This document shows positions 9,033-18,767 of a stretch of 64,000 bases of DNA, piece after piece (the stretch's first letter is position 1; each line of letters starts with the position of its first letter). The notes under the pieces were generated by a model. The model saw nothing but the letters and a program-made list of their open reading frames with translations. It was not told where the DNA came from and ran no database searches. Origin of the DNA: Vulcanimicrobiota bacterium (GTDB lineage: Bacteria; Vulcanimicrobiota; Xenobia; Xenobiales; JADMJV01); contig JBFWNU010000002.1 of the NCBI GenBank assembly GCA_050250895.1, positions 64,001 through 128,000 of the forward strand. Reading direction: 5' to 3'. A program made the translations under genes and the position numbers.

Positions 9033-10310
9033 TTACTCCGCGGGCAACCTGAAGTAGAAGCGGGTAGGGCTTCCTTCGGCGCTCTCGACCCCCACCTGGC
9101 CGCCGTGACGCTCGACCACCAGCTTGCAGAAGGTCAGTCCCAACCCGGTGGTGCGGTGTTCTCTTTGTGCTTGCGAGAACTTGTCGAAGATCCTCGCCTG
9201 CTCGGCTGAGGGCACTCCTGGTCCCCGGTCGATGACGCTCACCTCGAGCAGGTCGCCCCCCGACCGCGTCACCACTCGCACCGGTTCTTCCTCGGGGCTA
9301 AAGCGCAGGGCGTTGGTTAGAAGGTTGCCCAGTACCCGCGTCATCAGGTCCCGGTCGCAGCGCAGCCTGGCCTGATCGCCCTCGATCACCACCCGCGAGC
9401 GGCCCGGCCCCACCCGCTCTAGCGCCTGGCTCACCAGCTGGTCGACTCCCGTGTCTTGATAGGCCAGCGGCATCTGGTCTGACTCGAGCCGGCTCACGTC
9501 GAGAATGGTCTCGATCATCTCGGCCATCACCCCGGTGAGGCTCTGGATCTTGCTGACCATTTCTTGTCCTCGCCGCGACAACTCTTGCGATTCCTCGAGG
9601 TAGTGAGCGTAGAATACCACACTGGTCAGCGGCGTCCGCAGGTCGTGAACCATCATGTGGGTCAGACTGTCGCGCAGGGCTTCTAAGCGCCGCAGCGACT
9701 CGTAGTTTTCTTCGAGCTGCTGCCCCAGTCGCTGGGTCCTGACGAAGAGCCTGCCCAACAAACGTACCCCCCGCTCGGACCCCAGCAGATACAGCACGCC
9801 GCCCAGCCCGAGGATGCGGTGGAAAGGCTGGGCCGAGAGCAAAAATGACAGGAACATCGGCCCTATCAGGCCGAGCACCGCCAGTCGGACGATGGTCGGA
9901 TGAAGGGCGTAGGTCGAGCTGGTGCCCGCCGTGATCAATAGCACGCAAGCAAATAGGTACACTCGCGTGGTCAGGTCCGTCCCGGCCAAAAGCACCAGCG
10001 AGCCCAGCCCCCACCACAGGGCCACCGCTACGATGGTCCCACCCAGGGCCAACTCCCACTGTCGCACCCGGGCATCGTCTAGCTCACCCTGAGGAAAGCG
10101 CTTGAGCACCGCCCCACGAACAAAGGCCAGGGTCATCATCACTGCGTTCCAGACGACCAGCTTCCACCACGGCACGATGCCCACCAGGCCGGCGCTCACC
10201 AGCAAAGCCCCCAGGGGGCTCAAGACGACGTTGAGGGCCGACTGCAGACAGACAAACCGCACCCGCTCGGCGCGCACTCTTCGAGCTAGCTCGACTTCGA
10301 ACTCGGACAT
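9033..10310 (-). CDS. membrane sensor histidine kinase
   Basis: About six TM helices; H-box HDLRTPLT, N-box NLLTNALRF, G-boxes DRGPG and GLGL; start placed at MSEFEV. Confidence 0.9.
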   Translation of the reverse strand: MSEFEVELARRVRAERVRFVCLQSALNVVLSPLGALLVSAGLVGIVPWWKLVVWNAVMMTLAFVRGAVLKRFPQGELDDARVRQWELALGGTIVAVALWWGLGSLVLLAGTDLTTRVYLFACVLLITAGTSSTYALHPTIVRLAVLGLIGPMFLSFLLSAQPFHRILGLGGVLYLLGSERGVRLLGRLFVRTQRLGQQLEENYESLRRLEALRDSLTHMMVHDLRTPLTSVVFYAHYLEESQELSRRGQEMVSKIQSLTGVMAEMIETILDVSRLESDQMPLAYQDTGVDQLVSQALERVGPGRSRVVIEGDQARLRCDRDLMTRVLGNLLTNALRFSPEEEPVRVVTRSGGDLLEVSVIDRGPGVPSAEQARIFDKFSQAQREHRTTGLGLTFCKLVVERHGGQVGVESAEGSPTRFYFRLPAE

Positions 10311-10395
10311 ACCCAGACAGTTCCCCATCCGTGGCAATCAGACCCCGGTGGTCGATTGATTTGATGAACGCGGGTGATGGGCTAGCAGCAGATGC

Positions 10396-10681
10396 ATGAG
10401 AACCACCCTCAATATCGACGACGACGTTCTGTTCGCGGTTCGCGAACTCGCCCGCCAGGAGCGGAAGACGGCGGGCCAGATCTTGTCGGAGTTGGCTCGA
10501 CGAGGATGTGCTCGACCAGCGCCGGCTCGACCCATACCGGGTCCACGGACCCGGGCAACTGACCGACCTCTACCTTTTGGCCCTGGCCGTGGCCAGAGAA
10601 GGCTGCCTGGCCACCTTCGACCAGGCCATTCCCCTTTCGGCAGTGACCGGCGCCCAAGCCCGTCACGTCGTGGTTGTTTAA
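10396..10681 (+). pseudogene. internally deleted vapBC locus (antitoxin N-terminus joined to VapC C-terminus)
   Basis: MRTTLNIDDDVLFAVRELAR...SELARRG, then in another frame QLTDLYLLALAVAREGCLATFDQAIPLSAVTGA...* ending at 10681. Confidence 0.8.
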
Positions 10682-10748
10682 CACCCTGGCAAACAGTTCC
10701 AGGCCCGGTCCAAATCCCGGTCCAAACTCCGTCCTTTAAGCTGGTGAT

Positions 10749-11846
10749 ATGTTGGTCGGTCCACATCTACCCGTCCACCGGCCCGGTCTGGTCCAGCGCA
10801 GCCTCGAGGCGATGGGCGGCGTGGCCGGAGCTACCGTCGAGTTGATGAACTCGGTAGGTCCGTCGGTCGTCACCGGCGCGGTGGCGGCCCTGCAGGTCGG
10901 TCGGGCCAGCGAAGAGGAGCGGGCGAAAATCTCGACTCGAGCGCTCGAGATCACCATGGTTGGCCAACTCTTGCTGGGGCTCGGAGTCTACGCCGTCAGC
11001 CACGCTAGCCTGGTCGGACTGGCCACGGCCGCCGCCACCAAAGGCGTCTTCGGCGGAGCCTGGACCAAGCTGTATAGCGAGAGCGGCGCCAGCAGCCGCA
11101 TCGCCGAAGGCCTGCGCCACCGCGTCGAAGCCGTGGTCACGCCCGCAGACGACACCGGCGAGCGGCTCATCAAAGGGGTGGCCGTCGGACTGGCCGCCGG
11201 CCTGATCGGGTCGGCCAGGGTCGGCTACAAAGAAGGCAAAGGCGCCGTCGGAGGCACCATCGACGCGGTCAAGCGCCTGCCCGCGACTCTGGCCACCCGG
11301 GTCAAGAATCTCGCCACCACCCGGGGATGGTCAAGCCCCGCCCGCATCGCCACCGGTCTGGTCACCGGCAGCGTCGGAGCCGCCCTGTGCGCGGGTATCG
11401 GTCTGGCCCAAGGTTTTACCGACGCCCTGGGCGACAAGATGGACGCTGCCAAGCACCGCCGCTGGCTGACCCTCGAAGGCGCCCTGGCCGGAGCCGCTAC
11501 CGGCCTGCTCCTGGGCGGAGCTCCCGGTCTGGCCGTGGGCAGCGTGCTCGGACTGGCCGCCACCTCTCTGGTTGCCCGAGTTGAATCGCGCCACGACCTC
11601 GACCGCCAGATCACCGCCGACATTCAGGCCCAGCTCGACGAGGTCAAGCGCACCACCTATCAGGAGGGCGACCAGGTCGCCGATACCTACCGCCGCGCCC
11701 TGCAAGGCCTCTCGGTCGGCTTGGCGGCCGGGGTCGAGGCCGGCTTCAACCGCTTTGCCGAACTCGCTCAATCCAAGCCCGAACCCGGCTCGCCGGTGGG
11801 CAAGCAGGTCCAGGACCTGGCCGAACTCGGCCGTCCCCGGGACTAG
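10749..11846 (+). CDS. Gly/Ala-rich hydrophobic-helix protein with two tandem copies of a domain
   Basis: GxxxG-rich helices; TAAGCT-N6-ATG upstream. Confidence 0.7.
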   Translation: MLVGPHLPVHRPGLVQRSLEAMGGVAGATVELMNSVGPSVVTGAVAALQVGRASEEERAKISTRALEITMVGQLLLGLGVYAVSHASLVGLATAAATKGVFGGAWTKLYSESGASSRIAEGLRHRVEAVVTPADDTGERLIKGVAVGLAAGLIGSARVGYKEGKGAVGGTIDAVKRLPATLATRVKNLATTRGWSSPARIATGLVTGSVGAALCAGIGLAQGFTDALGDKMDAAKHRRWLTLEGALAGAATGLLLGGAPGLAVGSVLGLAATSLVARVESRHDLDRQITADIQAQLDEVKRTTYQEGDQVADTYRRALQGLSVGLAAGVEAGFNRFAELAQSKPEPGSPVGKQVQDLAELGRPRD

Positions 11847-13861
11847 GGCGCGATGTTATTTAGCACGGCGTGGATGTTGTTGCCGTTGAGTCCCACCACA
11901 TCGTCCCAGCCATCCGCGTTCAGATCGCTGGCGACGCAATTGCCCAGCACAGCCGCCGGCACGTCTTGATAGAATACCGGCGTCGCCACCGGGGCCAGGA
12001 TCTGAGTGACGGCGGTTGCGGCCGTGTTCGATAACACCAGGACCAGTTCGCCGGGTCGGGTCACGCCGGGGGTCGAGAGGGTCAAGAGGCGGTTCCAGCT
12101 TCCGGCTGGCAGGCTGGTCGAGTTAGGCTGAGCCAGAAAGATGCTTGACTGCGAGACCAGCACTGGGTCAGTCGAGTTCGGGCGTTGGCTCAGGACCGCC
12201 AGGTTACTCTCGAGCGGGCCAAGGGTCGGAGCCGGCGGCATGAAGCTCGCAAAGTCGCCAGGAACTGCGTCACCGATGATCTTCTCGGCTTGACTCACAG
12301 AGGCGTTGCCTTGCGAGCTGCCGCGAATCGTCTGGGTCTGGAAACGATTACTTCCTCCGCGGAGAATAACCAGTTCTTCGTCTCGGGCCAGGGGTTGGAA
12401 AATCTTGCCAAATCGTTCTTGACCATTGAGCCCGCCTGCCAGGGTGGCCCCGACCACCTGCACGTCTACGATGTTGTCAGGATCTCTCTGAAGCAGTTGG
12501 GCTGCGGTTCCTTCGATGACGAAAACCGACCCGAGCCGCGCGCGGAAAAAGCCGGCTTGCAGGGCAGTGGGGTTGGCGGCAAGGGTGAGACTACGATACT
12601 GGCCGGTGGCGCCGGAGCGGAAGACCACCCGCGCTTGCCCCGTCGAGGCGAGCACCAGGTCCTCGAAACCGTCACCATTGATGTCCGCCTCGGCGGTGAG
12701 CAAGTTGCCATTGACCGTGAGGCCGGTGTTTTCAACCCGGGCCGTGGTCTCGAACGTGCCGTCGCCCCGACCGCGATGGACTCGAAGGGTCGACAGGCTG
12801 CCCACTGGAGGTCCGGCCACGTCGGGCACGCCGTCGCCGTTGAAGTCGTGAACTACCGGCCCCCGCAGGGTCGTGGCCACGGTGGTCACCACCTGGCGCT
12901 TGACCGTGTAAGGACGGTCGGCGTTGACGACCCGAAACTGCCCCCCGCGCTCGCCCGTGTGGATGAACTTGAAGACACAATTGACGGGATAGTATCCCTC
13001 GACGACTTTGTCGGGGGAAAGGGAGGCCGCGGATTCCACGACGGGACCATCGACCAGGATCTCGACAGGGGGATTGACTTCGCGGTCCATGCCGTCGTCG
13101 AAACGCTGCATGAACTTGACTCGGACACGCTCCCCGACCCCAATCGTGGTGAAGGGTTGGTTGTTGTCGTCGCGGACCACAGAAAGGGTATTGGGCAGCT
13201 CCCGGGCGGAGTTAGCGTTGAACACCCGGCTGGCGCGAACATTGTTGAGCGCAACCGAAACGTTAGCCGTCGAGGACCTGGGCATTCGCAGCACGCCGGT
13301 GCGGCTTACAGATCCGCTGCCGGTCAGGCTCCAGGTGACCAGATTGGTGACATCGCTCTTGGTCGTGTTGTCGAGGGTGGCCTCGGCGGTCAGCTGGGTA
13401 TCGCTGTCGAAGGGCACGGGATTGGCTCCCTTGATCTCGATGGAGCGCACCAGGCTGACCTGGACCGGATTGACACCCTGGAAGACGACGTTCTGTCCCG
13501 GTGCGAGGCTGAGAGACGTGCCCCATTGCTCGACCAGAGTACCGCCGGCATCGTTGTAGTCGATGATCAGCCTCGTCGAGTCGGCCGGTACCGGTACGGT
13601 AATGGTCGGCGCTTTCGGGATCGGGTTCGAGACCGAGGTGGTCGCGCCGCTGCTATTGGACGTTTTGAAGGTCAGAGTGCTGACCGTCCTGGTTACACTG
13701 CGGGGCAGTTCCAGGGTGCTGACCAGGGTGATCGTGGCTGGGTCTGGAGGGGCCGTCGCTCCTGTTTCGTTGGGGGTGTTGTCTCCCCCCGAATTCGAGT
13801 CGCAGGCTGCCAATCCTAAGAGCAAGAAGAGAACGAAAATTCGAAGCCACGGTGTCCGCAT
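11843..13861 (-). CDS. lipoprotein with Ig-like and FG-GAP/VCBS repeats
   Basis: Lipobox LAAC; DVTNLVTWS (Ig-like); DFNGDGVPDV, DINGDGFEDL, DLNADGWDDV. Confidence 0.85.
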   Translation of the reverse strand: MRTPWLRIFVLFLLLGLAACDSNSGGDNTPNETGATAPPDPATITLVSTLELPRSVTRTVSTLTFKTSNSSGATTSVSNPIPKAPTITVPVPADSTRLIIDYNDAGGTLVEQWGTSLSLAPGQNVVFQGVNPVQVSLVRSIEIKGANPVPFDSDTQLTAEATLDNTTKSDVTNLVTWSLTGSGSVSRTGVLRMPRSSTANVSVALNNVRASRVFNANSARELPNTLSVVRDDNNQPFTTIGVGERVRVKFMQRFDDGMDREVNPPVEILVDGPVVESAASLSPDKVVEGYYPVNCVFKFIHTGERGGQFRVVNADRPYTVKRQVVTTVATTLRGPVVHDFNGDGVPDVAGPPVGSLSTLRVHRGRGDGTFETTARVENTGLTVNGNLLTAEADINGDGFEDLVLASTGQARVVFRSGATGQYRSLTLAANPTALQAGFFRARLGSVFVIEGTAAQLLQRDPDNIVDVQVVGATLAGGLNGQERFGKIFQPLARDEELVILRGGSNRFQTQTIRGSSQGNASVSQAEKIIGDAVPGDFASFMPPAPTLGPLESNLAVLSQRPNSTDPVLVSQSSIFLAQPNSTSLPAGSWNRLLTLSTPGVTRPGELVLVLSNTAATAVTQILAPVATPVFYQDVPAAVLGNCVASDLNADGWDDVVGLNGNNIHAVLNNIAP

Positions 13862-13940
13862 TTGGACCCCCCTTTATGTCGTAGTGCCCCCGATTATACG
13901 ATCCCTGTCAAGTCCCGACCGGCCTGCCGCCGACCGACCA

Positions 13941-14609
13941 CTAGCCTGGCGGCTGGACGCGGCGATACTCCACCTCGGGCCCGACCGGTCCGTCTCGTCC
14001 GACCTGCGTGAGTGCGAGCTTGTCTTCGGCTAGTCTCGTCCGGTAATAGCGTCCTCCAAAGTAACACTGGTCGCGGTTGATCTCGAAGCGGTCCGACATC
14101 AGCTCGCGCGTCCCCCGCACTCGCATCACGGCCACATAAGTGTCGGGTGGCATCAGTTCGAAGACCTCGGGAAATCCATCTGGGGCACCCGAGGCGGCCT
14201 CCCAGCGTCCGGCCAAGGAAGCCGCACCCATGTCCGAAGCCAGGGCACTCGAGCCGGAAAATAGGTCGGCGGCGAATTTCAGTTCAACCCCCCGGCCGTC
14301 GGGATAGGTCAAAGTGCCATGGTGTTTGTTGCCGTCACTCCAGACGACATTCAGCTTCCAGGTGCCGGCCAACCCTTCGTCCTTAGAATCGCTCATCACC
14401 ATTCGCGTTTCGACCGCGTCCCCCGTGGACTTCACCGCTTCCAACAAGGTGAGTCCCTTCGGGCTTTTATGCAGGACAAAGCCTCCTGGAGTGAAGCGCA
14501 CAATCACATCGTCGCTATACCACCGCCCCACTCGGTCCTTGTAGTTGTTTAGCGAACAACCACAAAGCAGAACTAGCATGGAGGCACATAGGAAACGACC
14601 GATCGACAT
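13941..14609 (-). CDS. lipoprotein, tandem paralog B
   Basis: Lipobox LCGC; highly similar to 14742..15410. Confidence 0.8.
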   Translation of the reverse strand: MSIGRFLCASMLVLLCGCSLNNYKDRVGRWYSDDVIVRFTPGGFVLHKSPKGLTLLEAVKSTGDAVETRMVMSDSKDEGLAGTWKLNVVWSDGNKHHGTLTYPDGRGVELKFAADLFSGSSALASDMGAASLAGRWEAASGAPDGFPEVFELMPPDTYVAVMRVRGTRELMSDRFEINRDQCYFGGRYYRTRLAEDKLALTQVGRDGPVGPEVEYRRVQPPG

Positions 14610-14741
14610 ATTTGCTATTTACGCCGCTAGGCCGGTTTACTCCTTCGCTTTCGCCACCGCCCAGGCTCACTTCCGAGCGCGAATCGTGGCATCCCGTTCA
14701 TTCCCGGAGACTCCCCCGAGGCCGCCACCTTCCAGCGCCCC

Positions 14742-15410
14742 CTAGCCGGGGGGCTTGACGCGGCGATACTCCACCTCGGGTCCGACCGGACCGTCTCGTC
14801 CGACCTGGGTGAGTTCGAGCTTGTCCTCGGATAGCTTCGTTTGGTAGGAGCGTTCCGCAAAGCGACATTGATCCCGGTTGATTTCGAACCGGTCGGCCAT
14901 CAGTTCGCGAGTGCCTCGAGTGCGCATCACGGCCACATAGAGGTCGGGAGCCATAAGCTCGAAGACCTCGGGAAAGCCGTCGGGGATTTCCGACACGGCC
15001 TGCCAGCGCCCGGCCAACGACGTCGCTGCCAGATCCGAGGCGAGCGAGGATGAGCCAGGAAACAGGTCGGCGGCGTACTTCAACTCGACCCCGCGACCGT
15101 CGGGATAGGTTAAAGTGCCGTGGTGCTTCCTGCCGTCAATCCAGACTACATCCAGCCTCCAGGTCCCGGCCAGGTCCGAGTCTTTCGAGTCACTTATCAC
15201 CAGCCGCGTCTCGACGGTGTCGCCTGAGGACTTGACGGCTTCGAGCAAGGTGAGGCCCTGCCGGCCGTTGTGGACGACATAGCCTCCGGGAGTGAACAGC
15301 AAGATCGCATCGTCGTTGTACCAGCGCCCCACTCGGTCTTTGTAGTTGCTCGGCGAACAGCCGCCAAGTAGCAGTAGTAGTGCGGCACATGAGAAACAAC
15401 GAAGGGGCAT
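14742..15410 (-). CDS. lipoprotein, tandem paralog A
   Basis: Lipobox LGGC; highly similar to 13941..14609. Confidence 0.8.
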   Translation of the reverse strand: MPLRCFSCAALLLLLGGCSPSNYKDRVGRWYNDDAILLFTPGGYVVHNGRQGLTLLEAVKSSGDTVETRLVISDSKDSDLAGTWRLDVVWIDGRKHHGTLTYPDGRGVELKYAADLFPGSSSLASDLAATSLAGRWQAVSEIPDGFPEVFELMAPDLYVAVMRTRGTRELMADRFEINRDQCRFAERSYQTKLSEDKLELTQVGRDGPVGPEVEYRRVKPPG

Positions 15411-15499
15411 CGAATGCTATTTACGCCGCTATGCCGCTTTACTCCTCCGCTTTCGCCACGGCCCTGGCTCAGTGCGTCGCGCCTTCTCCAGAAAGCGAC

Positions 15500-16250
15500 C
15501 CTTTCACACCGCGATTCTCGGGGTGAACCCCCAAAATCGACCTTCACCCCGCGATTTCTCGGGGTGAACCCCCGCCGCCCGCCCTCCCCGCCCCGCCGCC
15601 AGCCAGCCCGGCCGCCGCCCGCCAGCTGGTCCAGGGCCGCGGCCCTCCCCGCCAGCCGCCGCCCGGCCAGCCCGGCCGAGGTTGCCAGCGATTTCTCGGG
15701 GTGAACCCCCGAAATCGCCCTTCACCCCGCGATTTCTCGGGGTGAACCCCCGCCGCCCGCCCTCCCCGCCCCGCCGCCAGCCAGCCCGGCCGCCGCCCGC
15801 CAGCTAGCCCAGGGCCGCGGCCCTCCCCGCCAGCCGCCGCCCGGCCAGCCCGGCCGAGGTTGCCAGCGATTTCTCGGGGTGAACCCCCGAAAGCGACCTT
15901 CACCCCGCGATTTCTCGGGGTGAACCCCCGAAATCGACCTTCACCCCGCGATTTCTCGGGGTGAACCCCCGAAATCGCCCTTCACCCCGCGATTCTCGGG
16001 GTGAACCCCCAAAGTGACCTTCACCCCGCGATTTCTCGGGGTGAACCCCCGAAATCGCCCTTCACCCCGCGATTCTCGGGGTGAACCCCCAAAAGTGACC
16101 TTCACCCCGCGATTTCTCGGGGTGAACCCCCGAAATCGCCCTTCACCCCGCGATTCTCGGGGTGAACCCCCAAAAGTGACCTTCACCCCGCGATTTCTCG
16201 GGGTGAACCCGCGAAATCGCCCTTCACACCGCGATTCTCGGGGTGAAACC
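15500..16250. repeat. REP-like palindromic repeat array (about 14 cores, 40-41 bp period) with a duplicated 178-bp higher-order unit
   Basis: TTCACCCCG-cgatt(t)ct-CGGGGTGAA hairpins joined by near-identical linkers; 15542-15719 is repeated at 15720-15897. Confidence 0.93.
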
Positions 16251-16460
16251 CCGCCGCCCGCCCAACCCCCCGCCGCCCGCCAGCCCAGCCTGCCGCCCCG
16301 CCGCCCGCCAGCCAACCCAGCCGCCGCCCGCCAACCCCCCGCCGCCCGCCAAGCCAACCACCGACCCACCGCCCCGCCGCCCCGCCGCCCGCAGCCACGC
16401 CGAGCCAGTCCGCACGCCAAGCCAACCACCGACCCCGCAGCCTGCCGAACCCGCCCCCAA
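16250..16460. repeat. C-rich low-complexity tract
   Basis: Degenerate CCGCCGCCCGCCA units with very few T. Confidence 0.75.
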
Positions 16461-16495
16461 AAGAAAGAGCGGGCGCATCGCTGCGCCCGCTCTTT
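16459..16495 (-). terminator. intrinsic terminator of 16507..17214
   Basis: AAAGAGCGGGCGCA-tcgc-TGCGCCCGCTCTTT hairpin followed by T-rich sequence on the minus strand. Confidence 0.8.
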
Positions 16496-16506
16496 GGGGT
16501 GGACTT

Positions 16507-17214
16507 TTAGTATTTTTCGTAGGGGACCAATTCAGTGTAAGAGCCGTCCGGGTTCTGCATTACGGGGTTGGTGGTCTGGGTGTTGGGATACAGATAGCTC
16601 TGGCCGTCGTAGGGATTGACGTATTCGTACTGGTCGTGAATCGTGTTGACGTACTGGTGGTGGTACTTGTCGCGCTGGGCGTCGGCCTGGCGCAGTCCCT
16701 GCATATAGCTGTCGAAAGCGGCGTTGTTGTCGCGGATGCGCTGCTGGCTGGCCTGGAAGTTCTGCTCTTCCATCTGGCGGCGAGCGTAGTAAGACTGCTG
16801 GCCCTCGGGAGTAGAGACCTCCCACTGGCGCTGGGCGATCCACTGCTGCAGGTTGGGCTGAATCTCTTGGTAGGAGCGGTAGTCGCGGAACTTCGTGCGG
16901 TAGCAGTATTCCATCAGGTTGGCCTGATACTGCTGGTAGCCGCCCGGGGCGCGCAGGCCGTCGAGGTTCTGGGCCAGGCCTTCGAGGTAGTTGTAGAACT
17001 GCTCGGTATACTGCATCTCGTAGACCGCTAGTTGATACTGCTGGTTGTCGCCGGCCATCTGGGCGATGTCGATCATCGACTTCGAGGTGGCGTAGTTGCT
17101 GCGGGTGATCTGGGCCGATACCTGCAGCTCCTGGAGCAGTTGCTGGTCGGTCTGGGCCCAGCTCGGGCCCGCCAATACGAGGAATAGAGCTAAGAGAACC
17201 GCTTTGACTTTCAC
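16507..17214 (-). CDS. secreted Gln/Tyr-rich hypothetical protein
   Basis: Signal peptide ending SWA-Q; clean ORF followed by a terminator. Confidence 0.8.
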   Translation of the reverse strand: MKVKAVLLALFLVLAGPSWAQTDQQLLQELQVSAQITRSNYATSKSMIDIAQMAGDNQQYQLAVYEMQYTEQFYNYLEGLAQNLDGLRAPGGYQQYQANLMEYCYRTKFRDYRSYQEIQPNLQQWIAQRQWEVSTPEGQQSYYARRQMEEQNFQASQQRIRDNNAAFDSYMQGLRQADAQRDKYHHQYVNTIHDQYEYVNPYDGQSYLYPNTQTTNPVMQNPDGSYTELVPYEKY

Positions 17215-17305
17215 CAGTTCGTCACTTTCCTGTGGGATAGTGACATACTAGGAGGGCAGGGGAGCCCGAACAGTGACTTCGATCACCATAGCCCTGTGAG
17301 CCAGG

Positions 17306-17719
17306 CTACTTTGTGAGCGAGGTCGCAACCGGCTCGTCGGCCAGCATCAGCTTGAGAATGGCCGCCGCTGCCGCCCGCGGCGAGGCACGGACCGTCTGGT
17401 GGAGATCCGGGCCCGAGCCTATGTGGGCTCGGAAGGCATCCAGAGCCCGCTGGCGCGTCCCGCTGTCGATCACCGGCAGCTGAGCAATGCACATGGTGAC
17501 CTGCTGGACCACTTCCGGGGTCAGCTGAGAGAAGAGTTCGGCCGAGGTCTCGGGAGGCAGGTTCATCAGCACGATGGCCGCTTGTTGAGTTCCGGGGCCT
17601 GCCGGCGCCGACGAGTTTGGAACGGGCAGTGGAAGCGCGTTCTTGCGATTGAGACGATAGCCGACGAAGGCCGACCAGGCGACCCCACCGGCGAATCCGA
17701 GCAAAACTTCGAGTAGCAT
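17306..17719 (-). CDS. membrane-anchored protein with FliG-like armadillo motif
   Basis: N-terminal TM; QQAAIVLMNLPPETSAELFSQLTPEVVQQVTMCIAQL. Confidence 0.65.
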   Translation of the reverse strand: MLLEVLLGFAGGVAWSAFVGYRLNRKNALPLPVPNSSAPAGPGTQQAAIVLMNLPPETSAELFSQLTPEVVQQVTMCIAQLPVIDSGTRQRALDAFRAHIGSGPDLHQTVRASPRAAAAAILKLMLADEPVATSLTK

Positions 17720-17801
17720 GTTGGCAGAGTAGCAAAGCGGGCCGGCCTATTCCGTGCCGATCGTCACTTACGGCTGAACGCCGAAAGCCCTGCGGATGTT
17801 C

Positions 17802-18701
17802 TCAGGCGGCTCTGGCCAACCAGCGCCGGAGCCGACCCAGGACCGTCTTGGGAGGGGCTTGGATGGCGTGCCGGCGGGGGCGCAACACGCGCTTGAAAGC
17901 GTCGTCGAGATCCTCGGCCCAGGCCAGTCTGGCCAGATGCAGGTCGGCCGAACCGGGGAGCGCCGCGACGGTGTCGAGCAGGCCGCGGGCACGTTCGGGC
18001 CTCATGGTGGCCAATTGCGTCAACAGCCCGAGCAAACTGTCCGCTGAACTCACGCCCTCACGCAACAGACGGGCGTAGAGTCGATACGCGGCCAGGCAGA
18101 CCATCGGACTCAGCTCGGCAGGCAGCACGGTCAGAAAGCCACTCAAGCGGGCAGCCGCCGAGGTTCTGCCGATGGGACGGCCGATCGCCTCGGCCAGGGC
18201 TACGGCCGCGACCGGTTCGAAGTGGCTCAGCAGTTCGACCACCAGACCCGGCTGATGGCCCCGAGCCAGATATTCCAGCACCACTTCAAACTGGTCAAGA
18301 GGCTCGACCGCCCGCCAACAGGCTCTGAGCACCGTCAGCGCGTGGTGGTGAGAGTAGCCGGCCTCGATCAGCCCCCACATGGCTCGATAATACGGCAGAG
18401 GAGCATGCTTGGCGTAGCGGCGGGGTGAGTCCGGACCGTTCACGAGCACTCCGGTCTGCTCGAGCCAGGCCAGTTGTCGCTCCAGACCGGCCACCCCCAC
18501 GCGGTGACACATCTCCTCGAGCAGAGCGGTGGCCACCTCCGGCACGAGGCCATACTCGGTAAGGCGGGCGAGCACTCGCTCGGCAGTCTCGGGCAAACGA
18601 TGCTTGCGCAAATAGCTGGCCAGCTGCGAGCACTCATAGGGCCACAGCCCACCACGAAGAGCCGCTCGAATCACTTGAAACCCGGTTGATTGTGTCTGCA
18701 T
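17802..18701 (-). CDS. helical hypothetical protein
   Basis: Long ORF; GGAGGT RBS before MQTQ. Confidence 0.7.
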   Translation of the reverse strand: MQTQSTGFQVIRAALRGGLWPYECSQLASYLRKHRLPETAERVLARLTEYGLVPEVATALLEEMCHRVGVAGLERQLAWLEQTGVLVNGPDSPRRYAKHAPLPYYRAMWGLIEAGYSHHHALTVLRACWRAVEPLDQFEVVLEYLARGHQPGLVVELLSHFEPVAAVALAEAIGRPIGRTSAAARLSGFLTVLPAELSPMVCLAAYRLYARLLREGVSSADSLLGLLTQLATMRPERARGLLDTVAALPGSADLHLARLAWAEDLDDAFKRVLRPRRHAIQAPPKTVLGRLRRWLARAA

Positions 18702-18767
18702 CGCTACCTCCTGCAAGAACATCAAACCGCATTGAACTCGGCCGAACCTACAAAAGCGGGCGACTAA

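Noticed and set aside
15500-16250. CRISPR array
   Set aside because: Linkers are short and near-identical rather than unique spacers, and there are no cas genes in the window.
15414-17031. ORFs across the repeat array (e.g. 15941..16429, 16014..16619)
   Set aside because: They are translations of the DNA repeat and low-complexity tract, open in several frames on both strands.
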